Below, piece after piece: positions 9,054 to 17,624 of a stretch of DNA of 24,000 nucleotides (position 1 is its first letter; every line of letters starts with the position of its first letter). The notes under the pieces were generated by a model. It did no database searches and was not told where the DNA came from. It saw only the letters and a program-made list of their open reading frames with translations. Origin of the DNA: Clostridium arbusti SL206 (GTDB lineage Bacteria; Bacillota; Clostridia; Clostridiales; Clostridiaceae). The stretch covers positions 2,849 to 26,848 of the forward strand of contig NZ_BAEV01000033.1 in the NCBI RefSeq assembly GCF_000246895.1, in the 5' to 3' direction. The translations under genes and the position numbers were made by a program.

Positions 9054-10793
9054 CTATAATCCTAGCTTTCTTCTATCTAAAATCTTTATTTTTTGTATAA
9101 CTTCAATTTCTTTAATATCAATTGTTGATTGTGCTACTGCATCTGGAGCATCATCATGTTCTGAATACTCCTGTCCACAAAAACTCATTATTTGCTCTAT
9201 AAAATCTGTATCATCTTGATTAAATATAATTCTGCCATTATTTACATCACTTATGATAGTAGATATTTTTTCATCTTTATTTTTCTTCTGCATTCTGTTT
9301 ATAAATGTGATATTTCTATATTTTAATTCATCATCTTTATTAATTAATTCTTTAATCTTTAATACATCAGCACTCATATATAGATTTTTTTCTATAGATA
9401 CATGAGTTATTTCGGGGAAATCCCTTAAAAGCTTTATAACATGATTACAAAAATCATCAAAACCTACTTTTAATAATTCACCTTTTTTAATATAAAGAAA
9501 ATCATTGTCAGCTAAACCACCAACTGCAAAAGCTGAATAATCGGCTTTATTGCTTATACTATTAGCTGGATCACAAACAAGGATATTTTTAATAAAATTA
9601 TGGCCTTGAATTTCTTCTAAAGATTGAGTTCTATTAGATATGAACCACTTTTCACCTATTTTTGATGCATCGTTCATCATTTCCTGTTTAAATGCCACTG
9701 GATTATTATAGTAATCTATAGCTAAATCTAAACAATCATATTTATCGGGCCATAAGGTTTTATATTGCATCTCTTTTTCGTGGTGATAATAAAATTCTTT
9801 GGCATCTGCAACACTATCCTTAGATTTATCATCAAAATAAAGCTGTCTGAATTTCTCTCAGATACCTTCATGGAAATATTCATCAACATTAAAGTTAACT
9901 ACTCTTTTAACTATATGTTTATAATCCTTATTCTTAAGTAATCTACTCATAAAACAATCTCTATGTAAAATAGTTCCAAGTACAATAAACTTTGTAGCCA
10001 TTTTTATCTTATGTCCATCACGGACAACTGCTTTATCTCCAGCATATTGAGAATCTTCTACCCATGTATTATACTTTTTATCTCTTGCTTCTGCTGTAAT
10101 ACAATCACTTTTTGATTGATAATCGTCTGCAATAATTACGGAAGGTCTATAACCGGAATATTTCTTACCTCTCATACTAGATGTACTAGAAATAGCTTGT
10201 ATTTTCGTTTTATTAGATAATTCCAATTCTAATTTATTTACTGTATACCTTTTTGGCTCGATAAGTTTACCAAAAGATTTTATTATGTATTTATTTTCTT
10301 CAAAGGCTTGTCTAGTTTGTGCTATAAACTCTGTAGCATCTTGCTCTGTTTTTCCTGCAACCAATGTATATATAGACTTCTTATAACAATGTAATCATAC
10401 AGATATTGCAAAATCACAGACCGTTGTCTTACTACTCCCTCTAGGCATAATTAATTCTAATTTATCTATAGTATCCTTTAAAAATGCATTTTCTAATTGT
10501 TCCCAAATCTCATAATGTACTGGTGCTAATATTCTAGCTGTATTATCTTCTTTAGGTAGAAATGTATCTTGAAGGTAATATAAACAGAAAAATTCTATAG
10601 AATATGCTCCAAGTTGTGCTGCTAAAGAATTTATTCCAAATAAGTTGTCCGCATGGGACGATACTATTTCTTCTGCTTTCATTTCTGCATCTGATTGATT
10701 AAATCCACTTGATATTAATTGCTTAGTTGTATATTTATATAGCAGATATCTGTTTTTTTCGTCTTCTGTGCTAAAATTTATATTATCTATCAA
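9054..10793 (-). CDS. terL: terminase large subunit, read with TGA=Trp
   Basis: Three track ORFs (10395..10793, 9858..10364, 9054..9770) share one frame. They are joined by TGA at 10395-10397 (..PRGSSKTTVCDFAISV-W-LHCYKKS..) and TGA at 9858-9860 (..FHEGI-W-EKFRQLYFDD..). There is a Walker A-like GSSKT motif. The total of 1740 nt is 580 codons. Confidence 0.9.
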
Positions 10794-11003
10794 TTCATAT
10801 ATTGCCTCCCTTCCATTATCCCAAGTTTAAAAAATATTATAAAAAATTGTCTGACTCTATGTGGGCATTTTGAAAATTTTACAAAATAGAAAGCCACCCC
10901 TTGACCTCTTTGTCGAACCATGTAAAATTGTTTCCATAAAAATAAGACATAGAAACTCTATATCTTATTAATAATAATTATTATTTGATTATTCATCTTA
11001 TAA

Positions 11004-11585
11004 TTATATTCTAAAACTCTTCAATGCATCTTCATATTCATCATCAACTATATGTGTATATATCATTGTAGTAGATAAATCACTATGTCCTAATGCCTTC
11101 TGTACTAATCTTATGTTCTTTGTATCTCTTAATAAATCTGTAGCAAATGAATGTCTTAACGTGTGAGGCGATATGGTCTTTGTTATACCTGCTTTACCTG
11201 CATAATTAACAACCATTTCTCTTACATCTCTATCAACTAATTGTTTGCCAGTTCTATTTGTAAATACATGGGATACTTTACCTAATTGTTCCCCCTGTCT
11301 TTGTTTCCAGTCCTGTAATAATTGTAGGGTATTTTCTCCAAGCCATAGTATTCTATCTTTAGATCCTTTACCATCTACTACTTTTAATTGTCCAGTAAGT
11401 AAATTAATATCCTGCCATTTTAAATTAATCATTTCAGATAATCTTAATCCTACTGCAAGAAATAACTGTATCATCATCTTATTTCTATGACTATTAAAAT
11501 ATCTTACATTAAATATATTTATCAATTGTTCTTGCTCTTCTTTAGTCAAGAACTCTGGTATTTTTTTATTGCTCATAACTATCAC
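11004..11585 (-). CDS. small tyrosine recombinase (XerC/D-integrase catalytic domain only, 193 aa)
   Basis: The catalytic residue pattern is present: GLRLSE (Arg), HTLRHSFAT (H-x-x-R) and LGHSDLSTTMIYTHI (His...Tyr). The ORF has no in-frame TGA. Confidence 0.8.
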   Translation of the reverse strand: MIVMSNKKIPEFLTKEEQEQLINIFNVRYFNSHRNKMMIQLFLAVGLRLSEMINLKWQDINLLTGQLKVVDGKGSKDRILWLGENTLQLLQDWKQRQGEQLGKVSHVFTNRTGKQLVDRDVREMVVNYAGKAGITKTISPHTLRHSFATDLLRDTKNIRLVQKALGHSDLSTTMIYTHIVDDEYEDALKSFRI

Positions 11586-11609
11586 CCTTTTATAATATAT
11601 TATAGCTTT

Positions 11610-11703
11610 CCACCTATTTTATGTATTATAGGTGGTTATTCACTACAATTATTAGTATATGCCTACTTGATATAAAATTCAAGTATAATCGGTGGTTATT
11701 CAC
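11610..11703. repeat. inverted repeat plus 13-bp direct repeat upstream of the recombinase gene
   Basis: An inverted repeat, CCACCTAT (11610-11617) and ATAGGTGG (11628-11635), has a 10-nt spacer. The 13-mer GGTGGTTATTCAC occurs at 11631-11643 and again at 11691-11703, exactly 60 bp apart. Confidence 0.7.
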
Positions 11704-11727
11704 AATAAAATAAAAATATTTATGTAC

Positions 11728-12132
11728 TTACTCAACCTTCTTTAACTTATACTTTTCAAACTCATTATGAATAATTTTAGGATCTATGCTTTCATCTTTC
11801 TTATCTGATATATCCTGTGTCTTAGATGTTGGCAATCCATATATCCTATTCAATAAATAAATTAGTATATCTTTCTTTGTATTTTCTGACTTACTTGTCA
11901 ATGCTATCTTTTCTAATTCACTAATATAGATATCAACTTTCGACATTATTTTTTGTTCGCCTTGTTTTTTGAGTTGTGTCACGTACTCGTCTACTGTTGC
12001 CTTCCATTCTGGTCTTTTCATATCGTTATATATTGTCTGTCTAGCAACTCCACATAACTTAGCAATATCAGTAATTTCTGTACCTTGGGCATACAACTCT
12101 GCTTCCTTTTGTTGTCTCTCATTTAATGGCAT
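11728..12132 (-). CDS. terminase small subunit-like HTH protein (phBC6A51-type HTH)
   Basis: The N-terminus LNERQQKEAELYAQGTEITDIAKLCGVARQTIYN is an HTH. The gene is the first of the packaging block and has a GGAGGTGG RBS. Confidence 0.5.
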   Translation of the reverse strand: MPLNERQQKEAELYAQGTEITDIAKLCGVARQTIYNDMKRPEWKATVDEYVTQLKKQGEQKIMSKVDIYISELEKIALTSKSENTKKDILIYLLNRIYGLPTSKTQDISDKKDESIDPKIIHNEFEKYKLKKVE

Positions 12133-12197
12133 TTTACCACCTCCACTCTATTTACAAGTTTACATTTTTCTTGATCATTTTTATCATATTTCAGTAT

Positions 12198-12226
12198 TGT
12201 ATAACTATATATATAGTACACTTCAA
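12198..12226 (-). promoter_or_regulatory. possible sigma-A-type promoter of the packaging/structural operon
   Basis: The minus strand reads TTGAAG (12226-12221), 17 nt, then TATACA (12203-12198). It sits about 65 nt upstream of the TerS-like start. Confidence 0.25.
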
Positions 12227-12260
12227 AAAATATATAAGGGGGGGTATATTTTTGTACCCC
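12224..12260 (-). terminator. rho-independent terminator
   Basis: The minus strand reads GGGGTACA-AAAA-TATACCCC (12260-12241), followed by CCCTTATATATTTTTT. It separates the accessory genes from the packaging operon. Confidence 0.55.
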
Positions 12261-12351
12261 AATAATTTACCAGCTAACTTTACCACTCATAATATATTAA
12301 TCGACTATTTAATCAAATGTTCCCTCATATATTTTTTTATGTAATTTTGCA

Positions 12352-12621
12352 TTATCCACACATTTGCATATTTGTTGTAATAGCATCTTTTATATCACTT
12401 TCACAAATATTATCTAAATCAATTATTTCATCAGATAATGTCATATTTCCTTTTAAGCTTCCATATATATATTCAACTTCAATATTTTTTTTAGCATATG
12501 TATCAATTAAAAAGTAATCATTTTTATCTTCCTGTTTTGCATAATTAATTTTAATATTTGTAATTATTATTGTATCTTTTAATTTATATCCGTTATTTAT
12601 TAAATGATTTAATTTTCTCAT
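12352..12621 (-). CDS. hypothetical protein
   Basis: 89-aa ORF with an AAGGAATGGTG RBS region, ending in TAA. Confidence 0.45.
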   Translation of the reverse strand: MRKLNHLINNGYKLKDTIIITNIKINYAKQEDKNDYFLIDTYAKKNIEVEYIYGSLKGNMTLSDEIIDLDNICESDIKDAITTNMQMCG

Positions 12622-12692
12622 TATTTATTCACCATTCCTTATCTCTTTTTTTAATCAGCTTAATTTTTTGCATTAAAAAAGAACCTACATTC

Positions 12693-13166
12693 CTATAGAT
12701 CCTCCCCTATTATTTTTCCCTCTTTATTTGCTTGTAACCGTTTCTTAATGATAGTAAACATAGTTCCAAAACATATTACTACATCAATAATACCTACAAT
12801 CCAAAGTAATACTGTACTTTGCAATGTAGCTGCATCACCTATAGCTACCACAAAATATACTATTAAGCACATCTTAATTAACTTCATTACAGCTTTATTT
12901 GTTATCTCACTATTTCTCTTACGTAATAGCTTATCATTAGCCTTTATCTGATTTGTGCTATAAGAATTATTAGTACTCTTATTATTACCACCTAATTCTT
13001 TTCTAAAATAAATACCATCTTTACCACCAGCAATATAAGTCTTGCCTTTACTATTAGCACCAATCCTAGCACCCTTTACACCTGTTGAAATACCCAATCC
13101 ACTTTTACTTAAATTTAATCGTGTATGTTTTCCAAGTTTTATAGATTTTCTAAAGAATACTCCCAT
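12693..13166 (-). CDS. DUF4236-like protein with C-terminal transmembrane segments
   Basis: The N-terminus FRKSIKLGKHTRLNLSKSGLGISTGVKGARIG resembles DUF4236. The C-terminus is hydrophobic (LIVYFVVAIG...LLWIVGIIDVVICFG). Confidence 0.5.
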   Translation of the reverse strand: MGVFFRKSIKLGKHTRLNLSKSGLGISTGVKGARIGANSKGKTYIAGGKDGIYFRKELGGNNKSTNNSYSTNQIKANDKLLRKRNSEITNKAVMKLIKMCLIVYFVVAIGDAATLQSTVLLWIVGIIDVVICFGTMFTIIKKRLQANKEGKIIGEDL

Positions 13167-13239
13167 TTATAACACCTTCCTATAGGAATATTATACTACT
13201 TTAGGATTAACAAAAAAGAGTTAATTAATTATTTTCTTT

Positions 13240-13668
13240 TTATAATTCAAGTTCTTCTTTTTTATTATTATACCCATCAACAGTATTATTAAATTTATTA
13301 ACAAATTTAATTGCTTCATATTTTATTTCAATAGCTCTATCAATATTTTTTAAAATTTGATTAGCTTTATATAAAGTTACTTTATTATGATTCCATATAC
13401 ATACTTTTTCAGAATAATATTTATTATCAACAAAATCAACAATACCTATTGGAATAACATTCTCATCTTCAATTATATAATCTATATTATGTTCTTTTAA
13501 AAAACTTTCATCTAATAGATTATCAATATTAACCCAAACTGAGTCTTTTTCTTCAGTTATATTATCTGTATTTATAAAAATACTTTTATAATCATCAGTA
13601 TGATATACTACACCATAGTATTTTATAGATTTTGTAGTATAAGTTTCAAAGCTTTTTACTATTTTCAT
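13240..13668 (-). CDS. hypothetical protein
   Basis: 142-aa ORF with a GGGAGATGG RBS, ending in TAA. Confidence 0.45.
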   Translation of the reverse strand: MKIVKSFETYTTKSIKYYGVVYHTDDYKSIFINTDNITEEKDSVWVNIDNLLDESFLKEHNIDYIIEDENVIPIGIVDFVDNKYYSEKVCIWNHNKVTLYKANQILKNIDRAIEIKYEAIKFVNKFNNTVDGYNNKKEELEL

Positions 13669-13774
13669 AATCCCATCTCCCTAATATTGTATTTTTATTT
13701 ACTATTCTACAACATTAGGTTAAATTCCTTTATTTGTTTAATTATTCTTTACAGTATCACTTATTAATTTACTC

Positions 13775-13808
13775 AAAAAATAAAAAAATTCCTGATAAAC
13801 ATCAGAAA
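13775..13808 (-). terminator. rho-independent terminator downstream of structured RNA A
   Basis: The minus strand reads TTTCTGAT-GTTT-ATCAGGAA, followed by TTTTTTTATTTTTT. Confidence 0.6.
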
Positions 13809-13825
13809 CACATTTATGATATATT

Positions 13826-13924
13826 AAGATAGATTACTGAGTAGGTTGGCAACCCTACATCTCTTGAAAGACCTTATTTCTAAGGCGTGGCAGCTGCCCG
13901 TTCTGCCCTTCAATAATCTATCCT
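13826..13924 (-). ncRNA. candidate structured RNA A (unclassified; stand-alone sRNA or cis-regulatory leader)
   Basis: A 15-bp closing helix (minus-strand AGGAUAGAUUAUUGA with UCAGUAAUCUAUCUU) encloses a GC-rich 69-nt core. The core holds three hairpins: GGCAG..CUGCC, GCCUUA-GAAA-UAAGGU and GUAGG..CCUAC. Two G-U pairs in the closing helix would be A-C mismatches on the plus strand. Confidence 0.5.
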
Positions 13925-13940
13925 TACTTACTATATGTTT

Positions 13941-13969
13941 ATTATATAATTATAATGCATTTTTGTCAA
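13941..13969 (-). promoter_or_regulatory. consensus sigma-70/sigma-A promoter driving RNA A
   Basis: The minus strand reads TTGACA (13969-13964), exactly 17 nt, then TATAAT (13946-13941). Confidence 0.6.
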
Positions 13970-13986
13970 TTATTATTTACAAAATC

Positions 13987-14415
13987 TTATTTTACTTTCC
14001 ATGCAGTATTAGATTCAATATAATCTTTCAATTGTTTTTCAGTTAAAGGATATGCAGTTCTAAAGCATAACTTACCTTTATATTTAATTCTAACTGCAAC
14101 AATCATTAGTTTATCTAGCTGTTTAATATATTGGATACTATTATCTTTTGGATGCCTTCCAACATAATCAGGATTTTCTATTATATCAGGAATTAATTCT
14201 ATATGCTTAATAAAGCTTTCTTCAGATTCAAAATTTTCTTTATGTTTCTCAATATACTTAAATCTATCTTCCCATAATACTATATCACATTCATCTCTAT
14301 CAAGTTTAATTATATCTGCAATCTCTTTTGTCAACATCCCAATTTTTATATTTATAAATCCTTTTTTAAGTGATTTAACATCCAATTTATCAGCCATTTT
14401 TTTCATTCCTCTCAT
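13987..14415 (-). CDS. PBECR-family (phage Barnase-EndoU-ColicinE5/D-RelE-like) nuclease, putative
   Basis: The pattern ..FKYIEKHKENF...IELIPDIIENPDYVGRHPKDNSIQYIK...IVAVRIKYKGKLCFRTAYPL matches my recollection of this family. An extended -10 (TGCTATAAT) lies at 14438-14430. The true start is probably the third ATG (MADKL), after GAGAGGAA. Confidence 0.45.
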   Translation of the reverse strand: MRGMKKMADKLDVKSLKKGFINIKIGMLTKEIADIIKLDRDECDIVLWEDRFKYIEKHKENFESEESFIKHIELIPDIIENPDYVGRHPKDNSIQYIKQLDKLMIVAVRIKYKGKLCFRTAYPLTEKQLKDYIESNTAWKVK

Positions 14416-14498
14416 GCAATCCTTACATTATTATAGCATAAAATGTATAATGATATAATATTACACAATAAGATAGAATTATTATTTGTCGAATTATT

Positions 14499-15331
14499 TT
14501 ATTCTGTTAATCCCATTCTCTCTAGTAATAAATCTATTTCTTCCTTTTCTTGTGGTATGTCATAATTACTTATAATCAACTCACCATAATGTTTCCTACT
14601 ATCCTTTGAAGCACTATAAAATACTTCATGCTCCATAATATTAAAATCTTTAAATAGCTCTCTTATATATTCATCATTATTAATTGTATATAAAAATTTG
14701 CCTTTAGCATTTCTACAACATTCTGCTAGTAATCTATACTGTTCATCTGTAAATTTACCTACTGCATATTGCTTTGTATTTCTATAAGGACTATCAACAA
14801 AGAAAAATGTATCTGGTTTATCGTATATTCTAAATATATCCTCAAAAGATTTATTCTCTATAACTACAGTTTGTAGTCTCATATATGCTGCAGTAATATC
14901 TTCTTCTATTTTATCAATTTTTAAACCATTTCTACTTTCTGCACCCGTACCAAATATAGGATTACGCATATCACTGGCAAATCCTGCCTTAACTAAATAA
15001 TAAAATATATGTGCTCGCTGTATAGCATCCTCATATATTCCTTCTTTATATATCTGTTTATATTGATTAAATAGTTCTCTACTAACTAGAGTATAGTCAA
15101 AACTATTTATAAATTGGTCTGGAGCATTCTTTACTACACTCCAAAAATTCATTAAGTTACTATCAAAATCGTTTAAAATTTCTACTTTAGAAGACTCTTT
15201 ACCGAATAATAAATGACCTGCCCCCCAAATACTTCAACATATGTTTTATGCTCTGGAATTAATGGCAACAGCTTATGCACCATTCTTGATTTGCCTCCAA
15301 CTCAACTTAAAGGACTTTTTATTTTAGACAT
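14499..15331 (-). CDS. Dam-type (D12 class) N6-adenine DNA methyltransferase with an in-frame TGA=Trp, interrupted by a frameshift in a G6 tract
   Basis: ATG at 15331 gives MSKIKSPLS-W(TGA 15302-15304)-VGGKSRMVHKLLPLIPEHKTYVEVFGG. The frame then breaks at GGGGGG (plus C6, 15221-15226). One extra G would give ..FGGAGHLLFGKESSKVEILNDFDSNLMNFW.., joining track ORF 14499..15152. That ORF has a catalytic DSPY motif in VDSPYRN. The length of 833 nt is not a multiple of 3. Confidence 0.8.
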
Positions 15332-15352
15332 TTGTTTACTCCTCCTATCACC

Positions 15353-15769
15353 TTACACATACATAAATTCCAATAAATCATCATAAAACTCATCTTCTCT
15401 AGCTGTTTGTATTGCCCTTGTACAATAATCTTCTGTATCTTTTATTTCTTCTAATACATCATTAAGTATAACAATAGCTGCATGGTTGTCTCTCTCTATT
15501 TGCTTCTGGAACCACTCAATATCTCTATCCACTTCTATATCTGTTATTATTGGTAAGGCCTCATATACTTTTCTAATCTTATTAAAATCTTTAAGCCTAT
15601 ATAATCTATGTAATAACAACATACTGGGATCTTTATAAGTAATTTTAATTACTGGTTTTCTTCCTTCTTGTACCTTTTCTTTCATCTCTAAATTTTTACT
15701 TTTTATTTTCTCTATATTACTTAATTTCACTATTCTTTTACTCCCCTTATTTTTTAATTTAATCAGCAT
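15353..15769 (-). CDS. hypothetical protein
   Basis: 138-aa ORF whose ATG overlaps the end of the upstream gene. It ends in TAA. Confidence 0.45.
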   Translation of the reverse strand: MLIKLKNKGSKRIVKLSNIEKIKSKNLEMKEKVQEGRKPVIKITYKDPSMLLLHRLYRLKDFNKIRKVYEALPIITDIEVDRDIEWFQKQIERDNHAAIVILNDVLEEIKDTEDYCTRAIQTAREDEFYDDLLEFMYV

Positions 15770-15968
15770 TTAAAACAAAATCATGGTTATTATCTATAGT
15801 AATTTCTTTAATTTCACTTATATGCTTTGGATTTACGTATATATCATTATCCAGTTGCAATAATTTATTACCATTTAAAGCCATATGGTAATATACACTC
15901 AAACTTGATAAAGTCTTATCTTTTACTATATATGTGTTACTATTGTCCATTGTAATTTTAATATTCAT
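15759..15968 (-). CDS. hypothetical protein
   Basis: 69-aa ORF with an AAAGGAGA RBS, ending in TAA. Confidence 0.45.
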   Translation of the reverse strand: MNIKITMDNSNTYIVKDKTLSSLSVYYHMALNGNKLLQLDNDIYVNPKHISEIKEITIDNNHDFVLNAD

Positions 15969-15981
15969 ATTGTCTCCTTTT

Positions 15982-16302
15982 TTACTTATGTAACAAACTC
16001 AATAACAATAATATAATTGACATAGCTATAGATATTCCTATTCCAGCTTGCCACTGCCAACTAGCATTATCTTGTTTACCACTATCCATTAAATAACCAT
16101 CAAATTTATCCGCTCATTTATTAATTGTATCTGTTAATCTCTCCATACTTTTATTTAAAGTTTTAATTGTTGCGTCTTGTGTTGCTGAGGTCACCTTTAT
16201 ATCACTAATATCATCCTCATTCTTTGTAATTCTTTTATCGTGATCATCTAGTCTTTTATCATGATTTTCTAATTTCTCTAATATAACATCTTCTTGCTGC
16301 AT
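15982..16302 (-). CDS. XhlA-like (hemolysin XhlA family) coiled-coil protein with a C-terminal membrane anchor, read with TGA=Trp
   Basis: ATG at 16302 follows a GAAAGGTAGG RBS and gives MQQEDVILEKLENHDKRLDDHDKRITKNEDD...TDTINK-W(TGA 16114-16116)-ADKFDGYLMDSGKQDNASWQWQAGIGISIAMSIILLLLSLLHK, ending in TAA. The transmembrane tail appears only if TGA is read through. Confidence 0.55.
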
Positions 16303-16311
16303 AATAAGCAC

Positions 16312-16559
16312 CTACCTTTCTATCCCCTGGCATGGGGATTTACTTTTACTTCTTGTATATCCTAGTCGGTTAAAACGTCCACGGATTTTATAATAGGTAT
16401 TCGCCATAACGGAGAATACCATAATACTGTTATGGGATTAAAAGGGTATCTATAATGTGCAACCCTACGCAAAATTTTGTGGAGGGTACAAAATAGAGTA
16501 AGATTTGCTTTTACTTTTTTTGCCCCTTGCAAGAGGAATTGCTCAACCATGCGATTTCC
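16312..16559 (-). ncRNA. candidate structured RNA B (unclassified)
   Basis: A 248-nt GC-enriched non-coding gap. It contains a perfect 7-bp hairpin (AUUUUGU-ACCCUCC-ACAAAAU) and a loop ACCCU complementary to a downstream AGGGU. The helices CCAUAAC/GUUAUGG and GGUAUUC/GAAUACC interleave in a pseudoknot-like way. There is also an AUCCCC-AUGCCA-GGGGAU hairpin. Track ORF 16362..16550 has atypical codons. Confidence 0.35.
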
Positions 16560-17234
16560 CTAGTCTGGGAATTTTACCACCTGAATATGGTCACCTTTGA
16601 GGGGGAGCGTTATAATTTCTCTTAAAAGTTGATCTGCAAAATCTTCTTGATTATCGTCTTTAACATTACTAATATCTTTATTTATAATATAATATCCGTA
16701 TTCATCAACAAATAATTTCCTTTGAGATAGATTATATTGTAACTTCTCCAGGTCATTATACAGTTCATATGTATTCATATTATATAGGTGTACAAATACA
16801 TAATCATCATTTTTTATATGTATACCTATAGGTCAATGTAAGGCTGCCTTTTTACCTTTACATCTATCATCTATATAGTCTATCTCAAAATCAATTATGT
16901 CATCTAATTTATCCAATTTATCACATATATATCAGACTATATCATCCTTAGCGGAAGGTGTATTATATAACTTATACCCAAGCTTTCTATATTTATCTAT
17001 TTCCTGTAATTCCCTGAATTTTGATTCCTTATTACTGGAGCATTCATCAATGACCTCAAATTTAAAATTATCTGCTCCATATTCATCTCAATCTATCTGT
17101 AAATCTTTATTTATATGTTTACCATTATTTAATTCACTAATATGAGATTCTCACCGATGCTTAATATCTAAACTTCTTCCTATGTATATCTTATTTGTAT
17201 CTTGTAAATTTGTAATCTTATAAATACCTATCAT
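16560..17234 (-). CDS. second free-standing GIY-YIG endonuclease, read with TGA=Trp (4 in-frame TGA)
   Basis: ATG at 17234 follows a GGGGAGG RBS and gives MIGIYKITNLQDTNKIYIGRSLDIKHR-W-ESHISELNNGKHINKDLQID-W-DEYGADNFKFEVIDEC...YNTPSAKDDIV-W-YICDK...AALH-W-PIGIH... It runs into track ORF 16560..16778. The TGA codons are at 17151-17153, 17088-17090, 16932-16934 and 16833-16835. The total of 675 nt is 225 codons. Confidence 0.85.
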
Positions 17235-17272
17235 TATGTGTTATGCCTCCCCTTTCTGCTATACTGGTCTGT

Positions 17273-17545
17273 TTATATACTTATTCTACGTATTGTTTCC
17301 ATAGAAAAGTCAATAATATAGGCGTAACCTGTTGAAGTATAAAAAGTTACATAAGATTCTATAATATCGACATACATTTTTTCTACTGTATCTAAATCCA
17401 GTGTAATCTTATCATCTCTAGATTTATCAGTATAAATTACTCCATATTTCATTTTTAAATTAGTACACTGACACTCATTCATTAACTCTCTAATAAATTT
17501 TTCTTCTTTTCCTGGTTCATAATAATAATCGTCCATTGTTTCCAT
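17273..17545 (-). CDS. hypothetical protein
   Basis: 90-aa ORF with a TGGAGGAA RBS, ending in TAA. Confidence 0.45.
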   Translation of the reverse strand: METMDDYYYEPGKEEKFIRELMNECQCTNLKMKYGVIYTDKSRDDKITLDLDTVEKMYVDIIESYVTFYTSTGYAYIIDFSMETIRRISI

Positions 17546-17624
17546 TATAAAAATTCCTCCATTTATTTTTTATTTTATTTTAATTGATTATTTTCTCTAT
17601 AGATAATAATAACTACCATCTTAA

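Noticed and set aside
10794-11003. pac or cos site in the gap upstream of TerL
   Set aside because: Only a slightly GC-richer patch and a few short hairpins are visible. Nothing in the sequence allows a packaging site to be called.
11610-11703. CRISPR array or other multi-copy repeat array
   Set aside because: There are only two copies of a 13-bp repeat and one short inverted repeat. The window contains no regular repeat-spacer structure.
16362-16550. Minus-strand ORF 16362..16550 (62 aa), and similarly 17621..17806 (61 aa), as protein-coding genes
   Set aside because: Both sit in GC-rich islands and use codons that are rare elsewhere in the window (CGG, GCG, CCC, CGC, ACG). They have no RBS and overlap strong RNA helices. 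They are better explained as structured RNA.
16312-17272. Group I intron carrying GIY-YIG #2 as its intron ORF
   Set aside because: The upstream ORF (17273..17545) ends in its own TAA. Only 38 nt separate it from the endonuclease start, which is too short for a 5' intron half. The XhlA-like gene downstream has its own RBS and ATG. I could not identify P3/P7 or the guanosine-binding core by eye. The question is left open as an unclassified RNA rather than called as an intron.
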